This document shows positions 1-19,507 of a stretch of 64,000 nucleotides of DNA, in pieces. The notes under the pieces are model-generated. The model saw nothing but the letters and a program-made list of their open reading frames with translations. It had not been told where the DNA came from and did not search any database. The position numbers and the translations under genes are program-made. Numbering within the stretch: position 1 is the stretch's first letter; each line of letters opens with the position of its first letter. The stretch is from Eledone cirrhosa. Taxonomy: Eukaryota. The stretch spans positions 108,996,001 to 109,060,000 of the forward strand of contig OZ024742.1 in the NCBI GenBank assembly GCA_964016885.1. Reading direction: 5' to 3'.

Positions 1-394
<394 letters not shown>

Positions 395-740
395 TGATAA
401 AGAACACAAGAGCGTCTACAACATAAAAAGATTTTTATTGGCTTACAATGTTTCTTCCTTACGTAACCGTAGGATTCGTCAGAGCTATAAAAGGGGTTTG
501 ATTGGTGTTATGGACTCTACCAACCAAACATTCAAGAACAAAGAGTAAAGAGAGTAAAGAGCAAAAGTAGGGGACGATAAGTCTAATTTTGGTGCGGGAG
601 GGTGGGGTGTGGGTCCTTGTTTACTAGCTGCGGTCATATTCATTCCCGGGAGTCGAGTGGTTAGCTGAACCACAGATGGGGTGGCGTCGATAGTATGGTG
701 CAGAGGGTGTGCAGAGGCTACACAAACACAAAGGGCATAC
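395..740 (-). mobile_element. Non-coding PLE pseudo-LTR-like insert with HHR motif
   Basis: Flanked by (AT)n; minus strand has an HHR motif, then AATAAA, and ends ...TGTTCTTTATCA, shared with the 30.2 kb insert. Confidence 0.6.
441..485 (-). ncRNA. Minimal type I hammerhead motif
   Basis: GCT-CTGACGA-ATCCTACGGTTACGTAAGGAA-GAAAC-ATT-GTA-AGC; stem I GCT/AGC; first stem II pair mismatched. Confidence 0.65.
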
Positions 741-952
741 AATATATATATATATAACGGAGGAGAAAGTACATGAAGTAATTAGAAATGGAAAAAGAGT
801 AATAATAATAATCTATAATTAATAATGTATAATAAGGCATGCGGAAGATTACACTATAATAAGGTATATAATATATAAATATATATAATATATATATATA
901 TATAATATATATATATATACATATATATAATATATATATATATATATATAAT

Positions 953-986
<34 letters not shown>

Positions 987-1018
987 ATATATATATATAA
1001 TATATATATATATATATA

Positions 1019-1728
1019 CATCATCATCATCATCATCATCATCGTTTAACATCCGTGTTCCATGCTTGCATGGGTTTGGACGGGAGTTTTCCCACTTGAG
1101 GCAAGAGTGGTTGTCTTGCTCGCATAGGACTGTCTGGCGGGTTTTCTACAGTTGGATGCCCTTCCTAACACCAACCACATTTACAGTGTGGGGCTGGGAG
1201 GTTGTTACCGTGTTGCCTACACGGCCACATTACAGCGTGGACTGTCTGGCGGGTTTTCTACAGCTGGATGCCCTTCCTAACACCAACCGCATTTACAGTG
1301 AGGGACTGGGAGGTTTTTACCGTGTTGCCTACACGGTCACATTACAGCGTGGACTGTGTTTTTTTTTGTCGTGACACCTACACGATCTCATTTGTTTCGG
1401 CCTGGATTTTGTGGCACCAACATAACTTTACATTGAAAGGGGCGGGGTGGTGGGACGGGGGTGTATTTTGTTAGAGATGCCTACTGCTGTAGTAGGTTTT
1501 ACTTTGTATTTAGGTAAGGCGGGTCTTCTCTATTACTGAGTACCGCCAAAGCTCTCGGTCCAGTGACATTGTCTTGGAGAGGTGTAAGTGTGTGAGGTCG
1601 GAATTTATCAGCTTGTCCCAGGTTTTTCTGGGTCTGCCTACTCCGTGGCTACCGTCTATCTTTATTGCCCTGCACTTTGCTATACAGCTGTCGTCTTTCA
1701 TGCACATCACGTGACCATACCAACGTAG
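1019..1728 (-). mobile_element. RTE LINE family 1, 3' fragment
   Basis: ORF end ...GRPRKTWDKLINSDL...; 3' UTR with ~111-bp tandem duplication; (GAT)n tail. Confidence 0.9.
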
Positions 1729-1742
1729 CTATATATTATATA

Positions 1743-1833
<91 letters not shown>

Positions 1834-2033
1834 NNNNNNNNNNNNNNNNNNNNNNNNNNNNNNNNNNNNNNNNNNNNNNNNNNNNNNNNNNNNNNNNNNN
1901 NNNNNNNNNNNNNNNNNNNNNNNNNNNNNNNNNNNNNNNNNNNNNNNNNNNNNNNNNNNNNNNNNNNNNNNNNNNNNNNNNNNNNNNNNNNNNNNNNNNN
2001 NNNNNNNNNNNNNNNNNNNNNNNNNNNNNNNNN
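1834..2033. other. Assembly gap (200 N)
   Basis: Run of N. Confidence 1.
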
Positions 2034-2040
2034 TTTGAGT

Positions 2041-4770
2041 ATCATCATCATCATCACTGTTTAACATTCATTTTCCACACAGGCATAGGTTAGATGAGTT
2101 GTCCCGTTGTGAGACAAACCAGGTCTGATGACCATATCTTGTTCATACAAAACTGGTTTTGGCTTGGTTTCTATGGCTGGCAACACCAACCACATTTACA
2201 GTGTGTGTTGGGTGCTTTTTGTCATGACACCTACACAACTACTTTACAGTGTGGGCTTGGGTCTTTTTGTCAAGTCACCTACCTGACCACTTTACAGTGT
2301 GGGCTGCATGTTTTTTATCGTGTAACATACACAACCACTTTACAGTGTGGACTGGGCGCTTTTTGTTGTGACACCTACATGACCACTTTACAGTGTGGGC
2401 TGGGGGGCTTCCGTGAGGAGGGATTGAGGTGGTATATCTAGGGGCATGTGTGAGATGGTGGGCTGTTCAGGCATGGATAGAATGTTAGGACATGGGTGGT
2501 GCAAAAGGGGGATGGATATGGACAGGAGAGGGTTGTTAGAGCATGGAGGTGAATGGAAAGGGGAAAGGGAAAGTAGTGCATACAAGATGTATGTTTCAAC
2601 ATATGCACATGGGAAGGCGTGTCTTCTGTATTACTTCATAATGCCAGAGATCTCAATCCTGTGTCGTCGCTTTCGAGAGGTAGAATTTGGCAAGTTCAGC
2701 TTTTATCACCTCTTCCCAAGTCTTCCAACACCATAGCTTCCATCAACCTTGAGCCCCTTGCACCTTTTTATACAGCTGTCATCCTTCATACACATCACAT
2801 ATCCATACCAATGTAATCTCCTGTACACTGCATCTGATCCTTCTTATGCCCAGTTTCTCTCTCAGTTCATTTATGATTTGCCATTCATGTACTAGACCTG
2901 AAAAATGCACAAGCTCAAAAGAGCCACAGAATGTTATAATAAACCTTCAAAAGTGTAGGATTAGAGTCGTTGCTCAAAAATATTGTAATCATTATCTATC
3001 GTACACTCTGTGACATCCTTTTATAAAAAAGAGACTCATAACGAACTCAAGACGACACGATAATTATTTAAGCTAATGTTCAAATCTCATATTAGATGTT
3101 TAGTAATGATTAATACGAAATGCATTTAAACCGAATTCTATATTATAAATTCACTTAATTATTGTGTCATCTTGAGTTCGTTATGAGTCTCTTTTTTATA
3201 AAACGATGCCACAGAGTGTACGATAGATAATGATTACAATATTTTTGAGCAACAACTCCCACACTTTTGAAGGTTTATTATAACATTCTGTGGCTCTTTT
3301 GAGCTTGCACATTTTTCAGGTCTAGTTTAATATTTTTTTAAGGCAATGCTTGTAATAACTCTAGTTAAACATGATATATATTAATAATAAATTATCGTTG
3401 TAATGTAATTAGATTATATAATTGTTATTTTATAAATGATCCTATAAATATCATTGTAAGATGAATAAAAATATTTTCAGACTTTTAATATAAACAACTA
3501 CAAAAAACAATCAATATTAAATAAATATATTTTACATAATAATTGTTATAGTTGAATTAATAAAAATTAAATATTACATACAAATAGTCTAACATAATAA
3601 TAAAAAAAATAATCTAACATAATAATAATAAAATAATTTAACATAAAACGAACAATAATATGGACAAATATACAAGTAAATATGATACAACCATTATTAT
3701 AAGCATGTTATAACGAACTGAAAAAAAATAGTTAATATAAATTTTAAAAAATCATATATAAATTAACAATATAACTTACCAAAACGAGAAAAATATTTTG
3801 ATGATAAACGACGAAATACAGGAGGAAGATTCAAAAGCGAAACGATAAATAAACGTGAAAACAAAGTGGCAGATGCTTTTGCGCAACAATTACTCTCATT
3901 GGTTGATTAGCCAATAAGACGATACATTACAAAAGATGTTTGGCAGGGATCACCACGGCCAGCGAAACCTCTTGAATTTTTTATTCACAAGCTACGCATA
4001 TATGTCAGACACGCAGACTTAAAACATTCTGTTGTTAGTCACTGTGTGTCTAACAGATATTACTATTAACATCCATCTAAGCATGGAAGCTTCATTTCTT
4101 TCCAATCTTCATAGGTCCTCTGCGCACAGTGCCCAAGATCTCACTGCCACCTAACATTGCTGTTTGTATATATGCATCATACAATCTGCGCTTCATTTTG
4201 AAGAAAACACTTTTGTGGATAACAGCGGTAGTAGCCCCTTGAACTTTCTCCATCCCATCCTCACTCAAGCTACAGTATTTTCAGAACATCCACCTCCACT
4301 GCTAATTTGGTTGTCCAGGTACTGGAAACTCAACTACTTCTACAAAACCCTTTGGGCGTTTAAAGGAGTTAGTATCCTGTGGGCTGTTGCTACTTACTGC
4401 ACCTGTGCAATGACCACATATAAAACCTGTGTTCTTTGCTAGCCTATCTGAGATCCACTACATCTCTTGTGGACCCATAGTTTGCATTTGGGTCATAGGA
4501 TGGAGTTTCTACCTACTGTCTCTCAGTGACATTGTCTTAGAGATGTAAAAGTGAGCAAGGTCTCTTTTTATCACCTCATCCCTGGTTTTTCACGGTCTAC
4601 CCACTCCATAGCTTCCATCAATTTTGATCGCTCTGCACTTTTTTATGCAGCTGTTGTGCTTCATACACATCACATGTCCATACCAATGCAATCTCCTCTC
4701 CTGCACACAACATTTGATACCTCTTATGCTTAGTTTCTCTCAGTTCATTTATGCTTTGCCATTTGCGTAC
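2041..4770 (-). mobile_element. Old diverged RTE LINE fragments, interrupted by a Helitron-like insert
   Basis: Similar to the RTE 3' ORF/UTR; (GAT)n tail at 2041-2056; ~51-bp tandem units at ~2190-2400; homology resumes at 4058. Confidence 0.75.
2892..4057 (-). mobile_element. Non-autonomous Helitron-like element with long terminal fold-back
   Basis: Minus strand A|TC...CTAG|T with no TSD; removal restores CATGTA|TATTAC, matching CACGTATATTAC in the RTE copy at ~16406; inverted repeat 2891-3326. Confidence 0.75.
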
Positions 4771-4852
4771 ATATATATATATATATGCATATATATATGT
4801 ATACATAGGTATATATAGATATATGTGTATATATATGTTTGTATATATATAA

Positions 4853-4939
<87 letters not shown>

Positions 4940-4991
4940 TGTGTGTATATATATATATGTATATATATATGTATATATATGTATATATATG

Positions 4992-5064
<73 letters not shown>

Positions 5065-5077
5065 GTATATATATATG

Positions 5078-5110
<33 letters not shown>

Positions 5111-5111
5111 G

Positions 5112-5162
<51 letters not shown>

Positions 5163-5163
5163 G

Positions 5164-5229
<66 letters not shown>

Positions 5230-5233
5230 TATC
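4770..5233. repeat. (AT)n array with G interruptions
   Basis: Direct reading. Confidence 0.97.
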
Positions 5234-5431
5234 CATATTTCGTATCAAGTCCAAATAGCCAATCTATCGCTAAAACAAACTACATTTTTTGTTTCTATTA
5301 ATTGTTAAATACGAAAGTTTTTGGTCGTATTGAACAGAACAAATTTTGTATTTTTGTTAATCGCTTGTTAAATGCAAGAACCCCATTCAATCATTACCTT
5401 CTAGCTAGCTACCCAACACCCCTCCGTCCCA

Positions 5432-5516
5432 CCCCCACGCACCACCATTGCTATTACGTGGACCAATCATAAACAGAGCCCCCACGCATCACCAGTATTA
5501 TTACGCGGACCAATCA
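5432..5516 (+). promoter_or_regulatory. Duplicated 47-bp-period module with CCAAT box; candidate internal promoter
   Basis: Two copies of CCCCCACGCA...TATTACGYGGACCAATCA. Confidence 0.4.
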
Positions 5517-5635
5517 GAAGCCAGAGGCCTATACTATCGCTTGCCTGGTTGCCTTTCGATATATGATGGATGGATGGACTGCGGAATCCTGGAGAGTGGA
5601 GGAGAGAGAGAGAAAAATCTGGACGCTCAGCGACA

Positions 5636-5788
5636 ATGCCAAAGATAAAGACAAATTCACCTCTTGGACGAGAATGCGAGCACTCCTCATTGTTTCGACC
5701 GCGGACGGCTAACATAACCCCATCGCCCCCCGCCCCCACCGCCCCCAACCCCCAAACGCAATCCAAAACTTCAGAGTTGGTACCATAA
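5636..5788 (+). CDS. Short Pro-rich upstream ORF of the RTE
   Basis: MPKIKTNSP...[10 protein letters not shown]; same peptide end in the copy at 19123-19260. Confidence 0.4.
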   Translation: MPKIKTNSPLGRECEHSSLFRPRTANITPSPPAPTAPNPQTQSKTSELVP

Positions 5789-8700
5789 ATGTAGGCACCC
5801 TAAAGGGTCGCGCTAACGAGGTTGTAGAAATGCTTGAACGTAAGGAGGTCGATGTTTGTTGTATTCAAGAGACCAGGTGGAGGGGTGGGTCTGCTAGGTT
5901 CATTGAGGGTAAAAAACGATGTTATAAGCTTTTCTGGGTGGGAAACGATGATGGGCTGGGTGGAGTAGGAATCATGGTAGCAGAAAAGTGGGCAGATAAG
6001 ATAATAGACATAAATAGAGTGAACGACAGAATAATTAAAATACGACTTGTCCTCAATAGAACTACGGTGACAGTAATATCTGCGTACGCACCCCAATCCG
6101 GACTGCCCGTCACTATAAAAGACAGATTCTATGAGACACTGATGCTAACTACCTCCCAAATATCCGACAGTGACTATATAATTATCGCAGGCGACCTAAA
6201 TGGTCACGTTGGACAACATTGTGACGGCTACGACGAAATCCATGGAGGCTATGGGTTTGGTACTAGAAATGAGGAAGGCTCCAGAATCCTGGAATTCTGT
6301 GATGCAAATAACCTAACTATCTGTAACACTAACTTCAAAAAACGTGACAATCACCTGATCACCTATAGATCCGGGGAACACACAAGCCAGGTAGATTATA
6401 TCCTTACCAGAAGACGTGACAGAGTGTCTGTTGTAAACACTAAATCCCTCCCCCATGAAGAATGCACCTCCCAACATAGACTGATAATTAGCGACCTCAT
6501 AGTCAGGACGAGACGTACTCGACAGCAGAAGAGGACTATCCTCAGGAGAAAAATATGGAAGCTAAAGGACCCCACAGCCAGGAATAAATTTCAAAGCATA
6601 TTACTTGATGTTTTCGACAGTAAGGAAGAACATTTAGAGTCGGACAATATAGAGGGCGAGTGGGAATTTCTGAAAGCAAACCTGCTGTTGGCGACAGACG
6701 AAGTCTGTGGCCGGAGCAGGCCTGTAGGCAGGAGGAGAGTAACATGGTGGTGGAACAGTAAGGTGGAGGGGTCAATTAAGGCCAAAAAGCAGGCTTGGAA
6801 AGTATGGCGGGATGGGGGAAGTAGAGAAGACTATCAAGTGGCCAGGAGGGAAGCTAGGAGACAAGTGTACTTAGCAAGAAGGGAAGCTGAGGAAAGAAAG
6901 TTCAAGCATGTTCTACAACGCGATGACCAAAAACGTGAGGTGTTCAGGATTGCTAGGCAATGCGTCAAGGAAAACCGTGATATTGTCGGGGAGAAGTGTG
7001 TACTAAATGACGATGGCACACTTGCCATCACCGACGCTGATAAGAAGGTAGCTTGGAAGTGTCACTATGAAAGGCTACTGAATGAGGAGAATAAATGGGA
7101 GAAAGCCAGTCTCCCCCATATCGACCCAATAGAGGGACCAGCAGTGTTAGTCGAGGGGAGTATAATAAGTAAGGCAATCAAGGATATGAAGACGGGTAAG
7201 GCGGCTGGGCCTTCGGAAATAGTTGCTGAGATGCTGAAGGCATCTGGCACGGTGGGACACACCATGGTCACCCGCATAGTTAACCAAGTCGTACAGAATG
7301 GGGTTGTTCCGAAGGACTGGCATAGCAGCATCATCGTTAACTGTTATAAGGGTAAAGGAGACGCCCTAGATAGGAGTAACTATAGAGGCATTAAATTAAT
7401 CGACCAGGTCATGAAGGTCACGGAAAAAGTAATAGCGCAACTAATCAGAGAGAGAATTGACCTAGATGAAATGCAGTTCGGGTTTGTGTCAGGCAAAAGT
7501 ACCACAGACGCTCTTTTCATAGTACGACAACTACAGGAGAAGTACCTAGCTAAAGGTAAACCCCTCTACTTAGCTTTTGTCGACTTGGAGAAAGCCTTCG
7601 ACAGAGTCCCCCGCTCCATTATCTGGTGGGCTCTTAGAAAACTAGGCGTTGACGAATGGCTTGTGAGGGCTATACAAGCCATGTATAAAGAAACAGTCAG
7701 CAAGGTTAGAATTAACAACGAATATAGTGAAGAGTTTAGCGTAAAAGTTGGCGTCCATCAGGGCTCTGTTCTCAGCCCACTACTATTTATTATTGCCCTT
7801 CAGGCTATAACAGAGGAGTTCAAGACAGGCTGCCCATGGGAACTCCTATACGCAGACGACCTGACACTCATAGCGGAATCAATGGCCGAGCTAGAGAAGA
7901 AATTCCAAACATGGAAGCACGGCCTAGAGTCAAAAGGACTTAAAATTAACCTGGCTAAGACCAAAGTACTAGTTTGTAGGAAAGAAAACAAGGCGGCGGT
8001 CCCTTCTGGGAAATGGTCGTGCTCGGTGTGTAGGAAAGGCGTAGGTAGAAACTCCATTTTATGTCCTAAATGCAAAGTATGGGTGCATAAAAGATGTAGT
8101 GGGATCACAGGTAAGCTAACTAAGAACATAGATTTTACATGTGGCCGGTGCTCTGGTGCAATAAGTAGCAGCAAGTGCCCACAAAATACTAGCTCTTTCA
8201 ATTGCGCAGAGGGTTCCATAGAAATAGTGGACAGCTTCCGTTACCTGGGCGATAAAATCAGCAGTGGGGGAGGGTGCTCTGAAAGTACTGTAGCTAGAGT
8301 CAGAACTGGTTGGAAAAAGTTCAGAGAGCTTATACCACTATTAGCTGCTAAAGGGTTCTAACTAAAAATGAAAGGCAGGTTGTACGATGCCTGCATACGA
8401 ACAGCAATGCTGCATGGCAGTGAGACCTGGGCATTGTGTGCAGAGGATATATGCAGACTAGAGAGGAACGAAGCTTGCATGCTCCGCTGGATGTGTAACA
8501 GTAATATACGTGAACGGCAAAGCATAAACGAACTAAGGAAAAAATTAGATATAAGAGGGATCAGATGTTGTTTACTCGAGAGAAGGCTACGTTGGTATGG
8601 ACACGTGATGCGCATGAAAGTCGATAGCTGTATAACAAAGTGCAGGACAATAAAGATAGACGGTAGTCACGGAATAGGCAGACCTAGAAAAACCTGGGAC

Positions 8701-8805
8701 GAGCTGATAAACTCCGACATCACACACTTACACCTCTCCAAGACAATGTCACTGGACCGAGACCTTTGGCGGTACTCAGTAACAGAGAAGACCCGCCTTA
8801 CCTAA
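5713..8805 (+). pseudogene. RTE ORF2 (AP endonuclease, RT, PHD finger) with one in-frame stop at 8359-8361
   Basis: APE motifs GTINVGTL, CIQETRW, GDLNGHVG, SQVDYIL, SQHRL; RT motifs FVDLEKAFD, GVHQGSVLSP, LLYADD; other copies read through (GFSLKMKG). Confidence 0.93.
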
Positions 8806-9203
8806 ATATATAGTAAAACCTACTCCAGCCAGTAGGCATCTCTAACAAAATACACCCCGTCCCACCACCTCCACCCCCACCCCATCCACACCACCCCGTT
8901 CTATGTAAAGTTATGTTCGTGCCGCGCCATCGAGGCCGAAACAAATGAGATCGTGTATGTGTCACGACAAAAAAACACACAGTCCACGCTGTAATGTGGC
9001 CGTGTAGGCAACACGGTAAAAACCTCCCAGACCCACACTGTAAATGTGGTTGGTGTTAGGAAGGGCATCCAACTGTAGAAAACCTGCCAGACAGTCCTAT
9101 GCGAGCAAGACAATCACTCTTGCCGCAAGTGGGACTACCCCGTCCAAACCCATGCAAGCGTGGAACACGGACGTTAAACGTTGATGATGATGATGATGAT
9201 GAT

Positions 9204-13329
<4,126 letters not shown>

Positions 13330-14030
13330 GCGGCGATGAATTAGTTTTGCGAGGTTTTTTATATGAAATCGTGAGGCAAATCAGAGAGGCCAGTGAATTA
13401 GAAATTAGAAAACCAAAGCTAAACAGAAAGAATGAGTGGAACAACAACAACACCCAAACAAACAACACTGACCTAAGAGAAGTATAAATAAGTAAATAAA
13501 ATTAAATAAAATAAGATAAATAAATACATACACAAGCACATAAACACACACTAGTCACCCAGCAGACACAACACTATACACACTAGTCACACATCACACA
13601 TAACACTATACACACACGCAAACGCATGCGCAAAGAAGACAAAATAAAATCGCATGCGCAAAGAAGACAAAATAAAATAAGATAAACAAACAAGCAAATA
13701 AATAAATAAATATATAGACAGACTGAACAAAAAAAATGGCGTAGACATACAACACAACAGGAGGAACAATGAATATAACACCACTGACGATGTTGCAGAT
13801 GTGCAACGGAAGATTTATGTAAACTATATATATGTGTTTGTGTCTATATTGTATCTGTATTATTTTTGACCGCCGGTCAGTCAATGGCAACATTGAGGAC
13901 CGAGTAAGTTACATCGCAGATATATATATATAAAAGACAGCGAGAAGCGAAAACCAACCAAACAGTGAGTGTGTTCTGTTATTAATTCTGGCAATATTAC
14001 GCAAATATGACCCTCCCCAAATATAACAAT
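13330..14030 (+). mobile_element. PLE family A 3' fragment with inverted tail at left end
   Basis: [22 protein letters not shown] matches the end of the 27495-28946 ORF; pseudo-LTR follows; 13340-13373 equals the 26941-26974 tail; HHR remnant at 13780-13820 (GGAA for GAAA). Confidence 0.88.
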
Positions 14031-15728
<1,698 letters not shown>

Positions 15729-18700
15729 TCATCATCATCAGGTTTAGCGTCCGTGTTCCACGCTTGCATCGGTTTGGACGGGGGTTTTCCCACTTGAGGC
15801 AAGAGTGGTTGTCTTGCTCGCATAGGACTGTCTGGCGGGTTTTCTACAGCTGGATGCCCTTCCTAACACCAACCACATTTACAGTGTGGGGCTGGGAGGT
15901 TTTTACCGTGTTGCCTACACGGCCACATTTACAGCGTGGACTGTGTGTTTTTTGTCGTGACACCTACACGATCTCATTTGTTTCGGCCTGGATGTTGTGG
16001 GACCAACATAACTTTACATTGAAAGGGGCGGTGTGGGTGGGGTGGAGGTGGTGGGACGGGGGTGTGTTTTGATAGAGATGCCTACTGACTGTAGTAGGTT
16101 TTTACTTTGTATTTAGGTAAGGCGGGTCTTCTCTATTACTGAGTACCGCCAAAGGTCTCGGTCCAGTGACATTGTCTTGGAGAGGTGTAAGCATGTGAGG
16201 TCGGAATTTATCAGCTCGTCCCATGTTTTTCTGGGTCTGCCTACTCCGTGGCTACCGTCTATCTTTATTGCCCTGCACTTTGTTATACAGCTGTCATCTT
16301 TCATGCGCATCACGTGACCGTACCAACGTAGCCTTCTCTCGAGTAAACAACATCTGATCTCTCTTATTTCTAATTTTTTCCTTAGTTCGTTTATGCTTTG
16401 CCGTTCACGTATATTACTATTACACATCCAGCGGAGCATGCAAGCTTCGTTCCTCTCTAGTCTGCGTATATCCTCTGCACACAATGCCAGGTCTCACTGC
16501 CATGCAGCATTGCTGTTCGTATGCAGGCATCGTATAACCTGCCTTTCATTTTTAGGGAGAACCCTCTAGCGGCTAATAGTGGTATAAGCTCTCTGAACTT
16601 TTTCCATCCAGTTCTGACTCTAGCTACTGTACTTTCAGAGCACCCTCCCCCACTGCTGATTTTGTCACCCAGATAACGGAAGCTGTCCACTATTTCTATA
16701 GAACCCTCTGCGCAGTTGAAGGAGCTAGTATTTTGTGGGCACTTGCTGCTACTTATTGCACCAGAGCACCGGCCACATGTAAAATCTATGTTCTTAGTTA
16801 GCTTACCTGTGATCCCACTACATCTTTTATGCACCCATACTTTGCATTTGGGACATAAAATGGAGTTTCTACCTACGCCTTTCCTACACACTGAGCATGG
16901 CCATTTCCCCGATGGGACCGCCGCCTTATTTTCTTTCCTACAAACTAGAACTTTAGTCTTAGCCAGGTTAATTTTAAGGCCTTTTGATTCTAGGCCGTGC
17001 TTCCATGTTTGGAATTTTCTTCTCTAGTTCGGTCATTGATTCAGCTACGAGCGTTAGATCATTTGCGTATAGGAGTTCCCATGGGTAGCCGGTCTTGAAC
17101 TCCTCTGTTATAGCCTGAAGGGCAATAATAAATAGTAGGGGGCTAAGAACAGAATGGACACCAACTTTTACGCTAAACTCTTCACTATATTCGTTGTTAA
17201 TTCTAACCTTACTGACTGTTTCTTTATACATGGCTTGTATAGCTCTCACAAGCCATTCGTCAACACCTAGTTTTCTAAGAGACCACCAGATAATGGAACG
17301 GGGGACTCTGTCGAAGGCTTTCTCCAAGTCGACGAAAGCTAAGTATAGGGGTTTACTTTTAGCTAGGTACTTCTCCTGTAGTTGTCGTACAATGAAAAAG
17401 CGTCTGTGGTACTTTTGCCTGACACAAACCCGAACTGCATTTCATCTAGATCAATTCTCTCTCTGATTAGTTGCGCTATTACTTTTTCCGTGACCTTCAT
17501 GACCTGGTCGATTAATTTAATGCTTCTATAGTTACTCCTATCTAGGGCATCTCCTTTTCCCTTATAGCAGTTAACGATGATGCTGCTACGCCATTCCTTC
17601 GGAACAACCCCATTCTGTACGACTTGGTTAACTATCCGGGTGACCATGGTGTGTCCCACCGAACCAGATGCCTTCAGCATCTCAGCAACTATTTTCGAAG
17701 GCCCAGCCGCCTTACCCGTCTTCATATCTTTGATTGCCTTACTTATTATACTACCTTCAACTAACACTGCTGGTCCCTCTATTGGATCGATCTGGGGGAG
17801 ACTGTCTTTCTCCCATTTGTTCTCCTCATTTAGAAGCCTTTCGTAGTGACACTTCCAAGCTACCTTCTTATCAGCGTCGGTGATGGCAAGTACGCCATCA
17901 TCGTTAAGTACACACTTCTCCCCGACAATATCACGGTTTTCCTTGACACATTGCCTGGCAATCCTGAACACCTCACGTTTTTGGTCCTCACGTTGTAGAA
18001 CATGCTTGAACTTTCTTTCCTCAGCTTCCCTTCTTGCTAAGTACACTTGTCTCCTAGCTTCCCTCCTGGCCACTTGATAGTCTTCTCTACTTCCCCCATC
18101 CCGCCATACTTTCCAAGCCTGCTTTTTGGCCTTAATTGACTCCTCCACCTTACTGTTCCACCACCATGTTACTCTCCTCCTACCTACAGGCCTGCTCCAG
18201 CCACAGACTTTGTCTGCCGCCGTCAGCAGGTTTGCTCTCAGGAATTCCCACTGTTCCTCTATATTATACGACTCTAATTGCTCTTCCTTACTGTTGAAAG
18301 CGTCAAGTAATATGCTTTGAAATTTATTTCTGGCTATGGGGTCCTTTAGCTTCCATATTTTTCTCCTGAGGATAGTCCTCTTCCGCTGTCTAGTACGTCT
18401 CGTCCTGACTATGAGGTCGCTAATTATCAGTCTATGTTGGGAGGTGAATTCTTCATGGGGGTGGGATTTAGTGTTAACAACAGACACTCTGTCACGTCTT
18501 CTGGTAAGGATATAATCTACCTGGCTTGTGTGTTCCCCCGATCTATAGGTGATCAAGTGATTGTCTCGTTTTTTGAAGTTAGTGTTACAGATAGTTAGGT
18601 TATTTGCGTCGCAGAATTCCAGGATTCTAGAGCCTTCCTCATTTCTAGTACCGAACCCATAGCCTCCATGGATTCCGTCATAGCCATCACAATGTTGTCC

Positions 18701-19261
18701 AACGTGACCATTTAGGTCACCTGCAATAACTATATAGTCACTGTCGGTTATTTGGGAGGTAGCGAGCATCAGTGTCTCGTAGAATCTGTCTTTTATAGCG
18801 CCGGGCAGTCCGGATTGGGGTGCGTACGCAGATATTACTGTCACCGTAGCTTTATTGAGGACAAGTCTTATTTTAATTATTCTGTCGTTCACTCTATTTA
18901 CGTCTATTATCTTATCTGCCCACTTTTCTGCTACCATGATTCCTACCCCACCCAACCCATTGTCATTTCCCACCCAGAAAAGCTTATAGCATCGTTCTTT
19001 ACCCACGATGAATCTAGCCAACCCTCCCCTCCACCTGGTCTCTTGAATACAACAAACATCAACCTCCTTACGTTCAAGCATTTCTACAACCTCGTTAGAG
19101 CGACCCTTTAAGGTGCCTACATTCATGGTACCAACTCTGAAGTTTTGGATTGCGTTTGGAGGGTGGGAGCGGTGGGGCGCGGGGGGGGGGGGGTTATGTT
19201 AGCCATCCTGGGCCGAAACAAGGAGGAGTGCTTGCATTCTCGTCCACGAGGTGAATTTGGC
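15729..19261 (-). mobile_element. RTE LINE family 1, near full-length, frameshifted
   Basis: ORF pieces 17363-19126, 16974-17327, 16457-16891 and 16113-16484 are colinear with 5830-8805. Confidence 0.93.
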
Positions 19262-19335
<74 letters not shown>

Positions 19336-19354
19336 GTATATATATATACATATG

Positions 19355-19460
<106 letters not shown>

Positions 19461-19507
19461 TATGTATATGTATATATATATGTATATATACACATATATA
19501 TATATAT

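Larger units (their letters stand above)
5234..9203 (+). mobile_element. Near full-length RTE-clade LINE (family 1)
   Basis: 5' region, upstream ORF, APE-RT ORF, 3' UTR and (GAT)n tail; flanked by (AT)n; 5' boundary uncertain. Confidence 0.92.

Noticed and set aside
5800-8615. Antisense ORFs over RTE and PLE coding regions
   Set aside because: Shadows of the sense ORFs; recurrence reflects TE copy identity
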